Below are positions 26,666 to 40,346 of a stretch of DNA of 64,000 nt, piece by piece. Within the stretch, counting starts at the first letter, position 1; each line of letters starts with the position of its first letter. This stretch comes from Azolla caroliniana (taxonomy: Eukaryota > Plantae > Polypodiophyta), in contig JBHGNT010000013.1 of NCBI GenBank assembly GCA_043228905.1, positions 4,340,001-4,404,000 on the forward strand. The letters are read 5' to 3'. The position numbers were made by a program, and so were the translations under genes. The notes below the pieces were generated by a model. The model made no database searches. It saw nothing but the letters and a program-made list of their open reading frames with translations, and was not told the origin of the DNA.

Positions 26666-29600
26666 TGTCAAGATTCGAACTCTTGACATGACCATGTTAT
26701 AATATAGTATCATGGGTTAACCAATATATCTAGTACACAGTTATGTATGTAATTGGTCCCTTGTATCATGTGCATAGTTGCTCCCTTGTAGTATTTACAC
26801 TTGGCACATGCATGCATACCTACATGCTCTATTGTAGATTCACATGCGTGAAACAAGTATGCATGCCATGTAGTATAAATAGAGGAGTTCACCTTGAAGG
26901 AATTCAAGGTGAACAACACTAGTTATGGAGTCCTTTTGTGAATACTACTCATCCATTTGTCTATCTTCTTCTTGTCTCTTCAGCTTATGATCTATCCGTG
27001 ACAGTTTGTTCACCTTCCCATCCTCATAGCTCTCCCTCTCATAAGCCATAGCTATGTCCGACTCAACTAGTGAGTTAGGCCAAATAATGGTAGCTTTACG
27101 ACAACTCCAGCTTGAAAATGAAGCTCTTTGAAATTCTTTACAAGAACTTCAAGTCGGTGCCTCCCTATCCTCACAACCCTCGAAGCCTAGTCTCCCACAA
27201 CAACCTAGCCTAGAGCCCGATCTTCTATCAACATCTAGCCTAGCTTCGTCGCATTTTCTTGAGCCTAAGGTTAGCCTCCCAGAATAATTTGATGGAACGA
27301 GGTCGCGTTTCCAAGGGTTCATCAACCAAGTTTGACTTATCATTCGGCTATAACCTCAACGTTATGGAGATGGTCTTCGACAAGTCGGCCTTGTGGGCAC
27401 CCTTCTCTCTGGTCTGGCCCAAGCTTGGTTTGCACCATTGGTAGAAACCTCTTCACCTCTATTGGAGAACTTTCCCGCCTTCCTCGCCGAGTTAGAGGCC
27501 ACATTTGGAGAGACAGACCGACGACGTACAACTCTTAACAAGATTTATGCACTTGAAGAAGGTTTGCGTGCATCTTCGGTCTATGCTTCAGAATTTCGAC
27601 AACTAGCATGCGACGTCAATTTGGATGATCAAGCTTTAGTTGATCACTTTTGGCGCGGCCTTCAAAGCAATGTCAAGAATCTTCTCTTAAAATTTCCGGA
27701 GCCCACCTCGTTATCCCAAGAGATTTCACAAGCAATCCATTGTGACAATCATCTATTCAAATTTCGCTAGGAAGAGCGCCGAACTTGGGTTCCACCTCAT
27801 TCACTTCCACAACACGCCCCGGTCATATAACCCCAACCATCCCCCCCACCGATTGCGTCACACTCCCCTACTTTGGCAAATGCTCCTGTCCCCATGGAAA
27901 TTGATTAAGCCCAATTTTGGCCATTGACTGATGTCGAACGACAATTTCGGTGGGCTAATGGCTTGTGCATGTATTGTGGCGCCTCCGGTCATGTCGTTCA
28001 TCATTGTCCTAGGAGTAATCGCCCACAATTCCATCGAGCTAACGGACCCCACCATTCGGAAAACGACATCGTTTGGTTGCAATAGGAGCCATGCAACTGG
28101 ACATCTCCCCTCGCCCACATTCTCTTGGTTCCATTGCCGGACCATCAGGCAATTTCACATTGGAGGTATGGCTTTCATTTAACTCTAATTCCATTCAGTC
28201 TGTTGCTTTACTTGATTCTGGGGCATCTTCTTGCTTCATTGACATCGCGTTTGCCCAAGCACATGGCATACCTGTCGTTGGCCTCTCAAAACCCATTCCC
28301 GTTGAAGCCATCGACGGGTGCGTCCTCTCGTCAGGTGCAATTACTCAAGCTACAATCCCATTAGGGCTTTGTGTGGGCTCACACCAGGAGGAGCTCGCCT
28401 TTTACCTCATCGCATCTCCTCAATATCCGATGGTCTTAGGACTAACGTGGTTGGAGGCGCGCACAATCCAATAGTGGATTGGTGCAACCGCTTGATCACA
28501 TTTAGCTAGCTAGGATGCTCGTGCAAAAGTATGAAGGTAAATTCAGTTTCCCATCCTTCGGAGAAGGTCGATTCTGATTTGACTACCCCATCATCAGTCC
28601 AGGATGGGTTTGTTAGTGGCGCCGTTTCTAACACACTCCATGTTATTCCCGAAAAATACTAACACTTCTCCGACGTATTTGAAAAATGTAATTCTGATCG
28701 TTTTCCTGAACACCGGCTCTACGACTATCCGATTGATCTTCAAGAAGGTGCGTGTCCACCCTTTGGTCCTCTATATGCGTTGTCTGCACCAGAGTTGAAG
28801 GCCCTTCGTGTGTATCTCGATGAGAATCTTGAGAAAGGATTTATTCAACCTTCTAAGTCACCAACCGGGGCCCCCATTTTATTTGTGAAGAAGAAGGACG
28901 GCTCTCTACGCTTATGCGTCGACTACCGAGGTCTCAACAAACTCACTGTGCGCAACCGCTATCCGCTACCTCTGATCCCCGAACTCCTTGATCGGCTCCA
29001 AGTTGCGCGTGTCTTCTCCAAAGTTGATCTGCGTGGAGCGTACAATCTAGTTCGCATCAAGCCGGGGGATGAATAGAAAACCGCATTTCGAACACGGTAT
29101 GGGCATTTCAAATACAAGGTAATGCCTTTTGGTCTTACTAACACTCCATCAATTTTTCAACATATGATGAACGATATATTCCGGGAATATCTTGATCATT
29201 TTGTTGTCATTTACCTCGATGATATTTTCATTTTCTCGCCAAACATGGAGGAGCACACTCGCCAAGTCCTAATAGTTCTTGCCAAACTTCGCGAGCATGG
29301 CCTTTATGCCAAAGGTGAGAAATGCGAGTTCGACCGTACCTCGATCGAATTTCTGGGCTACATCATCTCGCCCACTGGCATCACCATGGATATGAAGAAG
29401 GTCTCTGTCATTCAGGCCTGGGCGACTCCAAGGCAACTTAAAGATGTGCAATCCTTCCTCGGCTTCGCGAATTTTTACCGTCGCTTCATCAAGGGGTTTT
29501 CCACCCTAGCACAACCTCTTATCACTCTCACCCATCAAGGCACTCCATTTTTATGGACCTCGAAGGCGCAAAATGCGTTCGACTCACTCAAACACGCATT

Positions 29601-31935
29601 CATCACTGCCCCGGTGCTACTACATGCCGACCCCACAAAACCCTTCCAAGTCGAAACCAATGCCTCTAACTTTGCCATTGGTGCCATCTTATCCCAAGCA
29701 TACGACACCAACCTAATGCACCCAGTGGCTTACTACTCCCGGAAATTCACGGCATCCGAAATCAATTATCCCATATACGACAAGGAGCTTGCTGCTATCA
29801 TTGCTGCCTTTGAAGAATGGCGACCCTACTTGGCCGGCATACAACATCGTGTCCAGGTAGTGACTGATCATAAAAATTTAGTTTATTTTTCCACCACTCG
29901 TACTTTGAATCGAAGGCAGGCCCATTGGTCGACATTTCTCACCGACTACGATTTTGAGATCGTATTTCGACCTGGTGACCAACATGGGAAGACCGATGCC
30001 CTTTCTCGCCAAGCTGACCTTGCACTTCGCCCTGGGGATGCTGCTTATGCTCAACCATCTAGATGTTTGTTGAAACCTGACCAATTGCATCTTTTTGCCA
30101 CTTGTATGTTGCAGGATGATTCATTACTCCAATAGATCACTGATGCATCCAAGACCGATGCGTTCGCCAACGAGATTCGAGATAGTCTGCAAAACCCCTC
30201 CAAGGCAACCAAAAGGAAGGATCTTGACACCTTCACCATACAAGAGGGTTTGCTGTTCCGAGATCATCTCTTATACGTCCCAGAGGGCCCATGTCGCACT
30301 CGGGTGTTGCGGGAATGCCAAAATGACCCACTTGTAGGTCATTTCGGGGTCGCGAAAACCCTCGAGCTAATCTCTCGGGGGTATTGGTGGCCACAACCAT
30401 GGAAGTTGGTCAAAGAATACATAAAGAGTTGTGAGGTTTGTGCTCGCTCCAAAGCTATTCATCATCGGCCATACGGCTTACTACAACCGCTTCCATGTCC
30501 TCGTCGTCCCTGGGCCTCTTTCTCCATGGACCTGATAACTGATCTACCCTTGGACAATAGCTATGACTCGGTGTTGGTCGTTGTTGATCAGTTTACGAAT
30601 ATGGCTCACTTCACTCCATGCTCCAAAACCATTTCCGGAGAAGGAATTGTGCATCTTCTACTCAACAATGTGGTACGCTTGCATGGACTCCCCAATGATG
30701 TCATCTCCGACCGCGGACCCCAGTTTGTCTCTCACTTCTGGCAGCGCGTACTACAAACTTTAGGCATCCTCTTATCACCCCCAAACTGATGGGCAAACGG
30801 AGCGTGTCAACCAAATCCTTGAGCAGTATCTTCGGTGCTTTGTTAGTTACCAACAAGATGATTGGGTCAACTTACTTTCACTCGCGGAATTCGTCTACAA
30901 TAATTCTCTCCATGCATCAACTGGCGTCACTCCCTTCTTTGCCAACTATGGTTTACATCCTCGCTTCAACATTTCCCTTCCTACCACTTCCGTGAACCCT
31001 TCGGCGGATGATCGTGCTCGCATTTTGGAAGAACTACATCATGATTTATCCTTGGAGCTTAGTCTTGCTAGTGAACGATACAAGCAGCAGGCTGATCGCC
31101 ATCGATCTGCCACTCCACACTTTGTCGTTGGAGACATGGTCTGGTTGTTACGTCGACACATCTCTACTACTCGTCCATGTGCGAAACTTGATTACACGAA
31201 GTTGGGACCATTCCGTATCATCGAGTGCATCAATCCCGTCGCCTTCCGGCTCGCCCTTCCATCCCACTTCCGGATTCATGATGTTTTTCATGTCTCCCTC
31301 CTCGAACACCATTATCCTTCACAACTCCCAGGATGTTAGGCCCCTCCACCACCACATGTGCAATTGACGACAGGGGAGGAATATGAGGTTGACCAAATCC
31401 TTGACTCGCGTTGGCACCGTCGACACTTGCAATACCTTGTCCTATGGAGGGGTTACCCCATGTTTGAGGCCACGTGGGAACCATAGGAAAATTTACAAAA
31501 TGTCCCAAAGGTCGTCCAAGATTTTCATCACCGATATCCCCACAAACCAACGGCCGATTTGGGAAGGCGGCATCAGAGGGGAGATAATGTCAAGATTCGA
31601 ACTCTTGACACGACCATGTTATAATATAGTATCATGGGTTAACCAATATATCTAGTACACAGTTATGTATGTAATTGGTCCTTATTGTTTTGCTAACATC
31701 ATTGCATAGTTGCTCCCTTATAGTATTTACACTTGGCACATGCATGCATACCTACATGCTCTATTGTAGACTCACATGCGTGCAACAAGTATGCATGCCA
31801 TGTAGTATAAATAGAGGAGTTCACCTTGAAGGAATTCAAGGTGAACAACACCAGTTATGGAGTCTTTCCGTTAATACTACTCATCCATTTGTCTATCTTC
31901 TTCTTGTCTCTTGAGCTTATGATCTATCCGTGACA
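26666..31935 (+). mobile_element. Full-length Ty3/gypsy chromovirus, Tcn1-like (LTRs 26666-27003, 31588-31935), inactivated by stops
   Basis: Gag (PE*FDGTR, CMYCGASGH), PR LLDSGAS, RT YLDD, RH, INT with GPF motif, chromodomain EEYEVDQILDSR..YLVLWRGYP; PPT agaggggagataa; no tRNA PBS; degenerate 5-bp TSD gttgg/atggg. Confidence 0.92.
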
Positions 31936-33195
31936 ATGGGGGGCATGCATACGGGGGTGCAGGGGTCAGAGTTAGTTGCATGGGATTTGTTGATGGGCAG
32001 AATGGGAGTGAAAGAATTGTGAGGTCTAAGGAAAGAGAGGTGAGATTAAGAAGAGCGATAACGACTGCCCAAAGAATGCTTCAGAAAAATCCCAAGTGTC
32101 AATGGTCGAGATCAAGTTTGGAGGTTGCTAAAGAAACACTACAACAGTTGATTGTGTCTAGAAATAAGATGGTATTTAGTAGTTAAGCAACTTGGTGGAG
32201 TAGGAATGGGGACAAGGTGAACCGACAATTTTTTAAGTTTAAAAAACTGAGAACAAACAGTAGCTACAATACTAAGCTGATTAAGAAGGATGGTTCACTG
32301 TAAGAGGATGTATTGGAGATCATGGAGGCAGTCATAACTCACTATAGTGGGCTACTCTCAAATAGTTATAGTCTCTCAGACGAGTCGTCACTGACAGAAT
32401 TTGTATTGGAGGGAATGCAACCAAGAATTTCAGAGGTTGCACAAGTTAAGTTGCCAAGGCCTCTCTTAGAAGAGGAGACGTCAGACGCTTTGGCAAGTAT
32501 ATTTAGCATGTCTTGTCTAGGCGTCGACGGATTATCAAAAGATTTGTTTGAAAATTTTTGGGAAGTGATTAAGGTTGACCTTGTTGCTAGTCTAAATGAG
32601 GCATGGGATGTTGGGTGTCTCCCTGAGCATTTTAAAGAGGGGCTAATATTTCTAATTCCTAAGGTACATGGTATAGTAACGGATGTGAGGCAATGGAGAC
32701 CGATTATGTTGCTCAACACAATCTATAAGATTTTTGCAAATATTCTGGCCAAGAGGGTCAAACCCCACTTGCATGCGCTAATTAATGTTGGACAAACAGG
32801 ATTCATGGAAAATTGATGTATAATTGATAATGTGTTGACCTTTTGGGAGGCGATTGCCTTAGCAAAGAAAACCAAGCAACATATTTCATGTCTCATGCTT
32901 GACTTCGAGAAGGCATATGATAGAGTATAGTGGCCTTTTTTAGATAAAATCATGGAGCGGTTGGGACTACCCTCAAAATGGATATCAGCTGCGTTGGCCC
33001 TTTACAAAGGAAGCCTGAGTAGGGTGTTGGTGTTAGGGCAACGGGGCCCATTAATTCCATTATGCAGGTCTGTCCGGTAGGGGTGCCTATTGGCCCCCTA
33101 TCTTTATTTATTTATTTCAGAGGCATTCTCTTTCTTTTTAAATAGACCAAATGCAGGAATTCGGGGATTGGTTGTCCCACATGCTTGCAAGGACT

Positions 33196-33653
33196 TGTTG
33201 GGACTCCATGTATGCATGTTAATAAATAGGTAATTAAGCAAGGGTTAATTAGTACCTAATTATGTGATTAAATTAAGTGGAAGAGTAAGTGATATATGTG
33301 TGTATGTGTGTGAGAGGAAGAGAGAGAGAAGAACTCTTATGAGCAACACAAGATGGGGGATGATTAATTCTATATTAAATTAGCATGATCATCGTCAAAT
33401 ACAAAAATACCCACGATGAGGTATACATACATCTCATGTGCAAAGGTGCACATGTGTGAGTAGAATATAGGTACTAAGGTGTAAGTCCTATATTAAATGT
33501 ACATAGGAGTGGAGGATCTAGAATATCCCACTTAAGTACAAGGTCCTATTTAAGGCGTTATAGTCAACACTTCTAACTAGATTCTATCTAGGTAACTACG
33601 AAGTTACATGGTTGACTAACTAACTAAACTAAGTTAAGCTTGATCTCTCAACA
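33196..33653. mobile_element. ~460 bp solo-LTR-like insertion at the LINE RT catalytic motif
   Basis: TGTTGG...TCTCAACA ends; non-coding; LINE resumes with (Y)ADDTMLYL. No clean TSD. Confidence 0.6.
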
Positions 33654-35142
33654 ATGCAGATGACACTATGCTCTATCTCCAAGGCAATGATGCTAATTTA
33701 CAGCAGGCTGAAAAACGGATTGAGTTATTTTGTAAAGCATCCGGTGGGAAAATTAATTGGAACAAAAGTAGAGGGTTTTGGGTAAGTCCTAACTCATGGC
33801 CACTTTGGCGCCCTAATGCTAATTTTCAATGGGTCCCTAATGGAAGGGTTGTTAAATATTTGGGCTTTTTGGTGGGAGTTGAGATTAAAAAAAATCATCA
33901 GCTTGAGAAAGTGAAAGACAAAACTAGAAAAAAGCTTCGGTTATGGGCATTAGTAAAGCTTTCCCTTGTAGGTAGAGTGGTTGTGGTAAACCACATTTTG
34001 TTGACCACCATGTGGTACTCGTTGGCATGCTAGATGTTAGATAAAGATTGCATCAAAAACATTAAGGCAATGGTGAGAGGGTTCCTTTGGTTGGGTAGAG
34101 ACCACGAGATGGCGTCAGCTAAAGTGGCCTGGAGTTGTTTGATCAAGGCGAAAAATCAAGGTGGACTTGGGATGGTCGATCCGGTTCACCAAAGTAAGGC
34201 TTTACTCACTAAGCTCTTGGTGTGAAGTCTCCAACCTGAACCAGAATTGTGGAAGTTGCTTCTTAGGGACAGAGCTAGACTCTGGTGTCCGAGGAATGGC
34301 GGCCCTTGGAAGGCAAAGAAGTGGTGGTTGTTCAGTCCAGGCCTAAAGTTAAAAGACCCGACTAGCATGGAGGATAGGGTGGCCCGCACCATTATGAGGG
34401 CCTGGTCAAGTTTAAGAGAGGGGTTGGTCTTAATGTAGCCAAAAACGATGGAGGAACACCTCCGTCAACCACTATTCTAGAACCCCAGGATTCTAAGCGA
34501 TGACAATATGATGCTTGGCCAGAAAAAATACTTGCCATGGGAACAAATGGTAGGGTACAATGTTTGTTAAGTAAGAGACTGGGAGGTTTTCAAAAGGAAA
34601 AGAAGGGAGGGTCTGGTTGGTGGTACTAAGTTTACTAGCATGCTGGAAAAGGGGGTATGGTTTGGGTGGTTTGTAGGTGAGGGCGATGCACAAATTATCC
34701 GGGGCAGGTGCCCATCTAATGAGTATCGTTTGTGGGGCAACTTAACTGCTTTGGCAAGCAATGGCCAGTGGTTGGCAGTGCGAGTGGCAGTGTTGGAAGG
34801 TAAGAAGTGGCAAGTAAACCCGGACCCAAGGAAGTTGTAATTTGATTGTAAGCTTTTGATAGTTGACAACAAACCCGTATGTGAGTTGGATTGGGACCCA
34901 CTAGAGGCGTGGTGACAGAAACTAGGAGCAAACAAAATGGAATGGCCTTTCGAGTACACTACTAAGCTAGGAAGGCAAATCATTGGCTCTAAATCTATGG
35001 GTGCTTCTCTAACTTGCAATAGTTGGAAGGATAAAGGCATTTCTGATGACTTGTTGAAGTCGTTTTGGAGGAGACTATGGGCGTTCGATATGCCAGAAAA
35101 AATAAAGCTTTGGTTGTGGCTTCTTAGTCATAAAACGATACT

Positions 35143-38100
35143 AACACCTTTGCATTCACAAGTGGAAGGATTGCGCATTCCACTTATAGATTCCTTTTAT
35201 AATCTTGTGATTTTAGACAATTTCCAAAAACTTGATACACTAGTATCACATGTTTTAAATAGCATGTAAATTTTGCTAATTTTTTGAGATTTAACAAATT
35301 TCAAAATGATAATTTCTAAAATTGAATAGTTTAGGGATAATGTTTAAATGTTGATGGTTTGCAGATATGAAATGTAGTTAACTTAAAGAAAATCACAATT
35401 ATTGTTAACTCAAGGCACAAGTTAAGATTAATGGTTTCACTGTCTTGAGAAGATTAAGGTTACATCTATTGTTAGACTTGAAAATGTTTCAAGTATAAAA
35501 GGTAATATTGCAATCCTTAATGTCATCATCTATAAATTAGTGCTCATTAACATCCATAAATTCACAACTCAAGATATGTAGACAATATTTATAAACAATT
35601 TTGATAAATCCACAACTCCTAAAATGTAGACGATATTCATAAATTGTCAAACTTTAGATGTGAACATTAATATATCAATTTGAGCATAACACATAGTTAT
35701 CAAGGTATCGACAATGTTATAATCTCCTCCCTTATAAGAATTCCCCTTCAAAATTTGTGAAGTAAATGGCATTTGCAAAGTTCAATTACCATCAACACAA
35801 TTATTAATGGTTTTCTTCTAATAAATGAAGCACATATTTACCATAAGGTATCTTGTTGTGCAACATACATCTTTAAAAAACCTCTTTTATTTGAAAAACA
35901 ACAAGAGTTTTAAACATGAACACGATATGTTGTATTGAATTGACGTAAAAAATAGAGTTTTCATCATAACTCTATACAATATATTGAATTCATGTTCAAA
36001 GTTTTTTTACCGGATTTAAAAAATAATAATAATAATAAATTAAGCTTGAGTTCATAGAAAAACCAGATTTTTCATCACAATTCAATACAATGTATCGAGT
36101 TCATGTTTAAAGTAATTTTTTCTAATTTTTAAAAAAACATTTTCAATTTGTTTCAAATTTTTTAATTTGTTTTCAATTTTTTTTTTGTTTTTTTAAAATT
36201 TTTAAAATTTTTAAATTTTTTATGGAAAAAATAATAATTTTAAACATGAACTCGATACATTGTATCGACTTGTGATAAAAACTCGATATGGCGTATCGAG
36301 TTCATGTTGAAAAGGCGTATCGAGTTCATGTAAAAAAGCTAGCTTAGTTCATGTCATGATATGGTAGGACTCGATTTTATTTTGGTATTTTTTTTTTTTT
36401 CTAAAAAACTTTGAGCTTTAATAAGTGATGAAAATAATATTTTATGTATTACAATGTATGGTCTAATGGTCAAGAGCTTGACCCATGTAGCATAAGGTCA
36501 TGGGTTCGAGTCCTACCATATCATGACATGAACTAAGCTAGATTTTTTACATGAACTCAATTACGACGTATCGAGTTCATGTTTAAAGTTTTATTTTGGA
36601 TTTTTTTTTAAAATAATTACATTTTTTCCTATTTTATTTTGGTATTTTGTTTTTTTTTCTAAAAAACTTTGAGCTTTAATAAGTGATGAAAATATTATTT
36701 CTTGTATTACAATGTATGGTCTAATGGTTGAGAGCTTGACCCATGTAGCATAAGGTCATGGGTTCGAGTCCTACCATATTATGACATGAACTAAGCTAAC
36801 TTTTTTACATGAACTCGATACGCCTTTTAAACATGAACTCGATACGGCGTATCGAGTTCATGTTGAAAAGCTAACTTTTTTACATGAACCCGATACGGCG
36901 TATCGAGTTCATGTTGAATAGCTATCGAGTTCATGTTTAAAGTTTTATTTCAGATTTTTTTAAAAAAATAATTGCATTTTTTCCTATTTTATTATGGTGT
37001 TTTGTTTTTTTTCTAAAAAGAAATTGAGCTTTAATAAGTGATAAAAATAAAATTTTATGTATTATAATGTATGGTCTAATGGTCAAGAGCTTGACCCATG
37101 TAATATTAGGTCATGGGTTTGAGTCCTACCATATCATGACATGAAAAGTTTAATTTTGGATTTAAAAAAAAAAAAATTACATTTTTTTCTATTTTATTTT
37201 GGTATTTTGTTTTTTTTTTCTAAAACAAAATTGAGCTTTAATAAGTGATGAAAAAACCAGAGCTTTTATCACAAGTCGATACAATGTATCAAATTGATGT
37301 TTAAAAAATAAAACAAAATCAATAAAAAATTATAAAAAATTGAAAAAAACTTGAAACAAAATTGAAAACAATTAGAAAAAATTACTTTAAGCATGAACTC
37401 AATACATTATATCGAATTGTGATGAAAATTATGGTTTTCTAGATGAACTCAAGCACAATTTATTATTATTATTATTTTTTAAATCTAGTAAAAAAAACTT
37501 TGAGCAAGAATTCAATACATTGTATGGAATTATGATGAAAACTCTATTTTTTACATCAACTCGATATAATATATCGACTTAATGTTTAAAATCTTGTTGT
37601 TTTTCAAATAAAAGAGGTTTTTTAAACATGAACTTGAATCGTACTAAAATGTTTGTTTTAACAAAAGAAAAAGATGCATATCGATAGTGCAAACAAGTAT
37701 GTTGTACAACAAGATACTTTATGGTGAACATGTGCAGCATTGATTAACAAAAAACTATTAATAATTGTGTTGATGGTAATTGAACCTTGCAAATGCCATT
37801 TACATGGTCCATAAAGTGTTCACGTGGTTCTTAATCACTACTTAATGTTAATCTTTATAGTTGGAACGAAGGATGACAACACAAGTATAACTTAGAGGAC
37901 AAGGAAACTTGCAAGAACTCAAGAGAGGGATATTAATAGCTACACTTGTAGATGGCCATGACCTAGGGTACCAATTCTGCATTGGTAAAGTTTTGGACGT
38001 GATGATGTATTAAACGTTTGTAATACATCTATCATTGACATTAATGAGGTGGATATCATTATGTATGACTTTACACAAACAAAAGTTGGATGTATAAGGA

Positions 38101-38675
38101 CAACAATGATATACATAATAAAAGAGATATTAGCAAGTCGAGAAGATATCTCAGATTGAAGGCGAAGAAGATTTATTGCACAAAATTTGGAGATACCATT
38201 TGGTGAAGACAATGATTTGATTGGTACATTGGAAGATGAGGAGGAAGAGTCACAATTGTATATTATCTATAGTAGTGATTCTCATGAAAAGAATGATGAT
38301 AGTCATGCAAATAACTCCCAAATGTATTTGTTGTGCAACTATATGTAACAAATTTAGACAACATTTTATCGAATGGAATAAAACCGTTCATTGTTTTGAA
38401 ATATTCTACTTTGATTTCTTTAAGATCTAAAAACTTATTAGTTGTCATTTTTCTTTAAAAATCCACAAAGTTACTTTTCATATTTTACCCAAATTTGGCA
38501 TTTTTCAATTTTACCAAATGGTGAAATTTTCAACTTTTTCATCAAGTTTTGGAGAACATGTGATACTAGTATCAAGATGTTTTGTGAAATGGCAAAAAAA
38601 ACCCCAAAATCAAACGGAACATTCCTTATCCTTCCACTTGTGCGCAATCCTTCCACTTGTGAACGCAAACGTGTT
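35143..38675. mobile_element. Non-autonomous foldback-type DNA transposon (~35 bp TIRs, 4-bp TSD TACT), possibly Sola-related
   Basis: TIR aacac(c/g)tttgc(a/g)ttcacaagtggaaggattgcgca at both ends; removing the element restores the LINE frame. Internal IR ~35762-36290 / ~37260-37803. Possible transposase C-terminal remnant at ~37920-38130. Confidence 0.85.
36375..37250 (+). repeat. Three tandem units, each with a tRNA-like A-box/B-box cassette (36459-36513, 36717-36771, 37072-37126)
   Basis: TGGTCTAATGG ...33 nt... GGTTCGAGTCC three times, interspersed with gtatcgagttcatgtt motifs in both orientations. Confidence 0.85.
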
Positions 38676-39766
38676 TACTGGTGGGGGAGTGGCTGAAGTG
38701 TCGTGGTGGTGAGGCTAGTTGCAAGATATGTGGACACCCTTTGGAATCAATTCCTCACTGTTTTTGGAATTGCGGAGAGGCTATTAACATTTGGGGTAGA
38801 AGTCTCAAGATAGTGGCAGCATGCGGCATGAATGGGAGAGTGGTATGGGGGTCCGTACAGGGACTAAAGTTAACAGGGGAAAGCTGGGCTGAACAATTAA
38901 ACCCCCATGGTCATGGATTTATAGTGTAGGGTGGCAAGGTGTTTCAACGTGCTGGAGTTCAACCTGGCACTAACTCGGAATTTTTTGAAGAGATATGGAT
39001 AATGGTGGCTTGTTTATCGGTACGACACATTTGGACCAGGCATTGTAAGTTTGTTTTTCAACAGCAAAAGATCCCTAGCGGTGAGGTGTTGTTAACTATC
39101 TAGTTCGAGCTGGTATCTTGGCTGCGGGGACAGTATGACTCGATTCAGGGGGAATCTGATGCAGCTGAAAGAGCTCGATCAAAGTTCTTACTGAAATGGG
39201 GTAGTTCTCCTATGGTGGGCAGATCATCATCAGGGCCTAAATGGAACAACCAAGCACCCCGATGGTTGTTTCCCCCAATGGCTTCCATCAGTGCCCAAGT
39301 GATGTAACTATGTATAGATATGGTACAAATTACTAGGTTATAGGAGTTGTGGATACTTTTGTTGTAAATGAGGTGGGGACTATGACCACTTTGGTGAGAA
39401 GACCAGAGTGAGGATTGCTGAATTTTTTGTGGTCTATGATGTACCTGTTTGCTAACTAATGCGAAGTACTGTTTTTTGTGGAAAAAAAGAAGAAGCTATA
39501 AACTACACATGGGTTTAAACAAATTCTCCTGTAGCTAACTTATTAGAGAACATATACTTGTGGGAATCTAATGCTCATCCACTCAAATTTTCTTCCTTTT
39601 AACAGAACTCCATATCATATTTATGTGTAAGCTTTGTATAAAACATAAAACAACAACTAACATAGAAACAATGAATATAATATCACCTCATATTTTCCAA
39701 ACCATGTGCGTCACATGATACACGAGTTTATGCATGGGAAGTTGTGATCCCTTGAGGAAAACAAAG

Positions 39767-39990
39767 TTATTTTGTTCATAAGAATAGGAGTAATTCTCGT
39801 AAAATAAACATGTTAATCTAGACATTTTGTGCCCATGATTGATCCAATATCTTGGGATCTTTTATAACTTAAACCAAGCTATTTTGTTCATAAGAATAGG
39901 AGTAATTCCCGTAAAATAAACATGTTAATGAAGACCTTTTGCGCCCATGATTGATCCAATATCTTGGGATCTTATATAACTTAATTCCAA
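39767..39990 (+). repeat. ~117 bp tandem duplication downstream of PAP copy 2
   Basis: ttattttgttcataagaataggagtaattc.cgtaaaataaacatgttaat...gatccaatatcttgggatctt occurs twice. Confidence 0.9.
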
Positions 39991-40346
39991 GGTTCCATTA
40001 CTTCAGGGATTCTTATATAAATTTACCATTAATGTTTTTGCATTCTTACATACAAAATAATCCAAATATCATACACCTTTAATTGTTTGACAATTTTATT
40101 CAAATGAACGTTCTGTACAAGGGTACAAACACATCATCACTTCAAAATGAGATAATGAGCATTCATAACTTACAAGATGACAAAGTTATTCCCAACAATG
40201 AGGTTTTCTTATCGCTTCTCATGGAACATAATTAATATGCGAGCAATGTTCACATGTTAACATAACATCCGAGATTATATAAAAGATTGTTTGGAATCAT
40301 TGTTGTTGTAGTTCGTTGAGTCATAGTAGCTCATAAAAATGAAGAC

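Larger units (their letters stand above)
24961..39303 (+). pseudogene. L1 ORF2 (APE-RT-zinc finger) in segments 24961-25324, 26545-26665, 31941-33195, 33654-35142, 38680-39303
   Basis: Reading frame is restored across three junctions once the inserts are removed (NVYAPN, KVGGM, HKTILVGEWL); multiple in-frame stops. Confidence 0.85.
22645..39493 (+). mobile_element. Full-length, degenerate L1-clade LINE interrupted by four nested insertions
   Basis: 12-bp TSD agctataaacta (22633-22644 / 39494-39505); A-rich tail; ORF1 with CFYCKKKGHIAKEC; ORF2 has APE (MKLITWNIQG, GDFN), RT (WRPIMLLN, LDFEKAYD, (Y)ADD, KYLG) and C-terminal CKICGHPLESIPHCFWNC. Confidence 0.92.

Noticed and set aside
35139-38679. 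piggyBac element with TTAA TSD
   Set aside because: Flanks would be ctaa/ttta and the host LINE frame would break; the TACT boundary restores the frame exactly.
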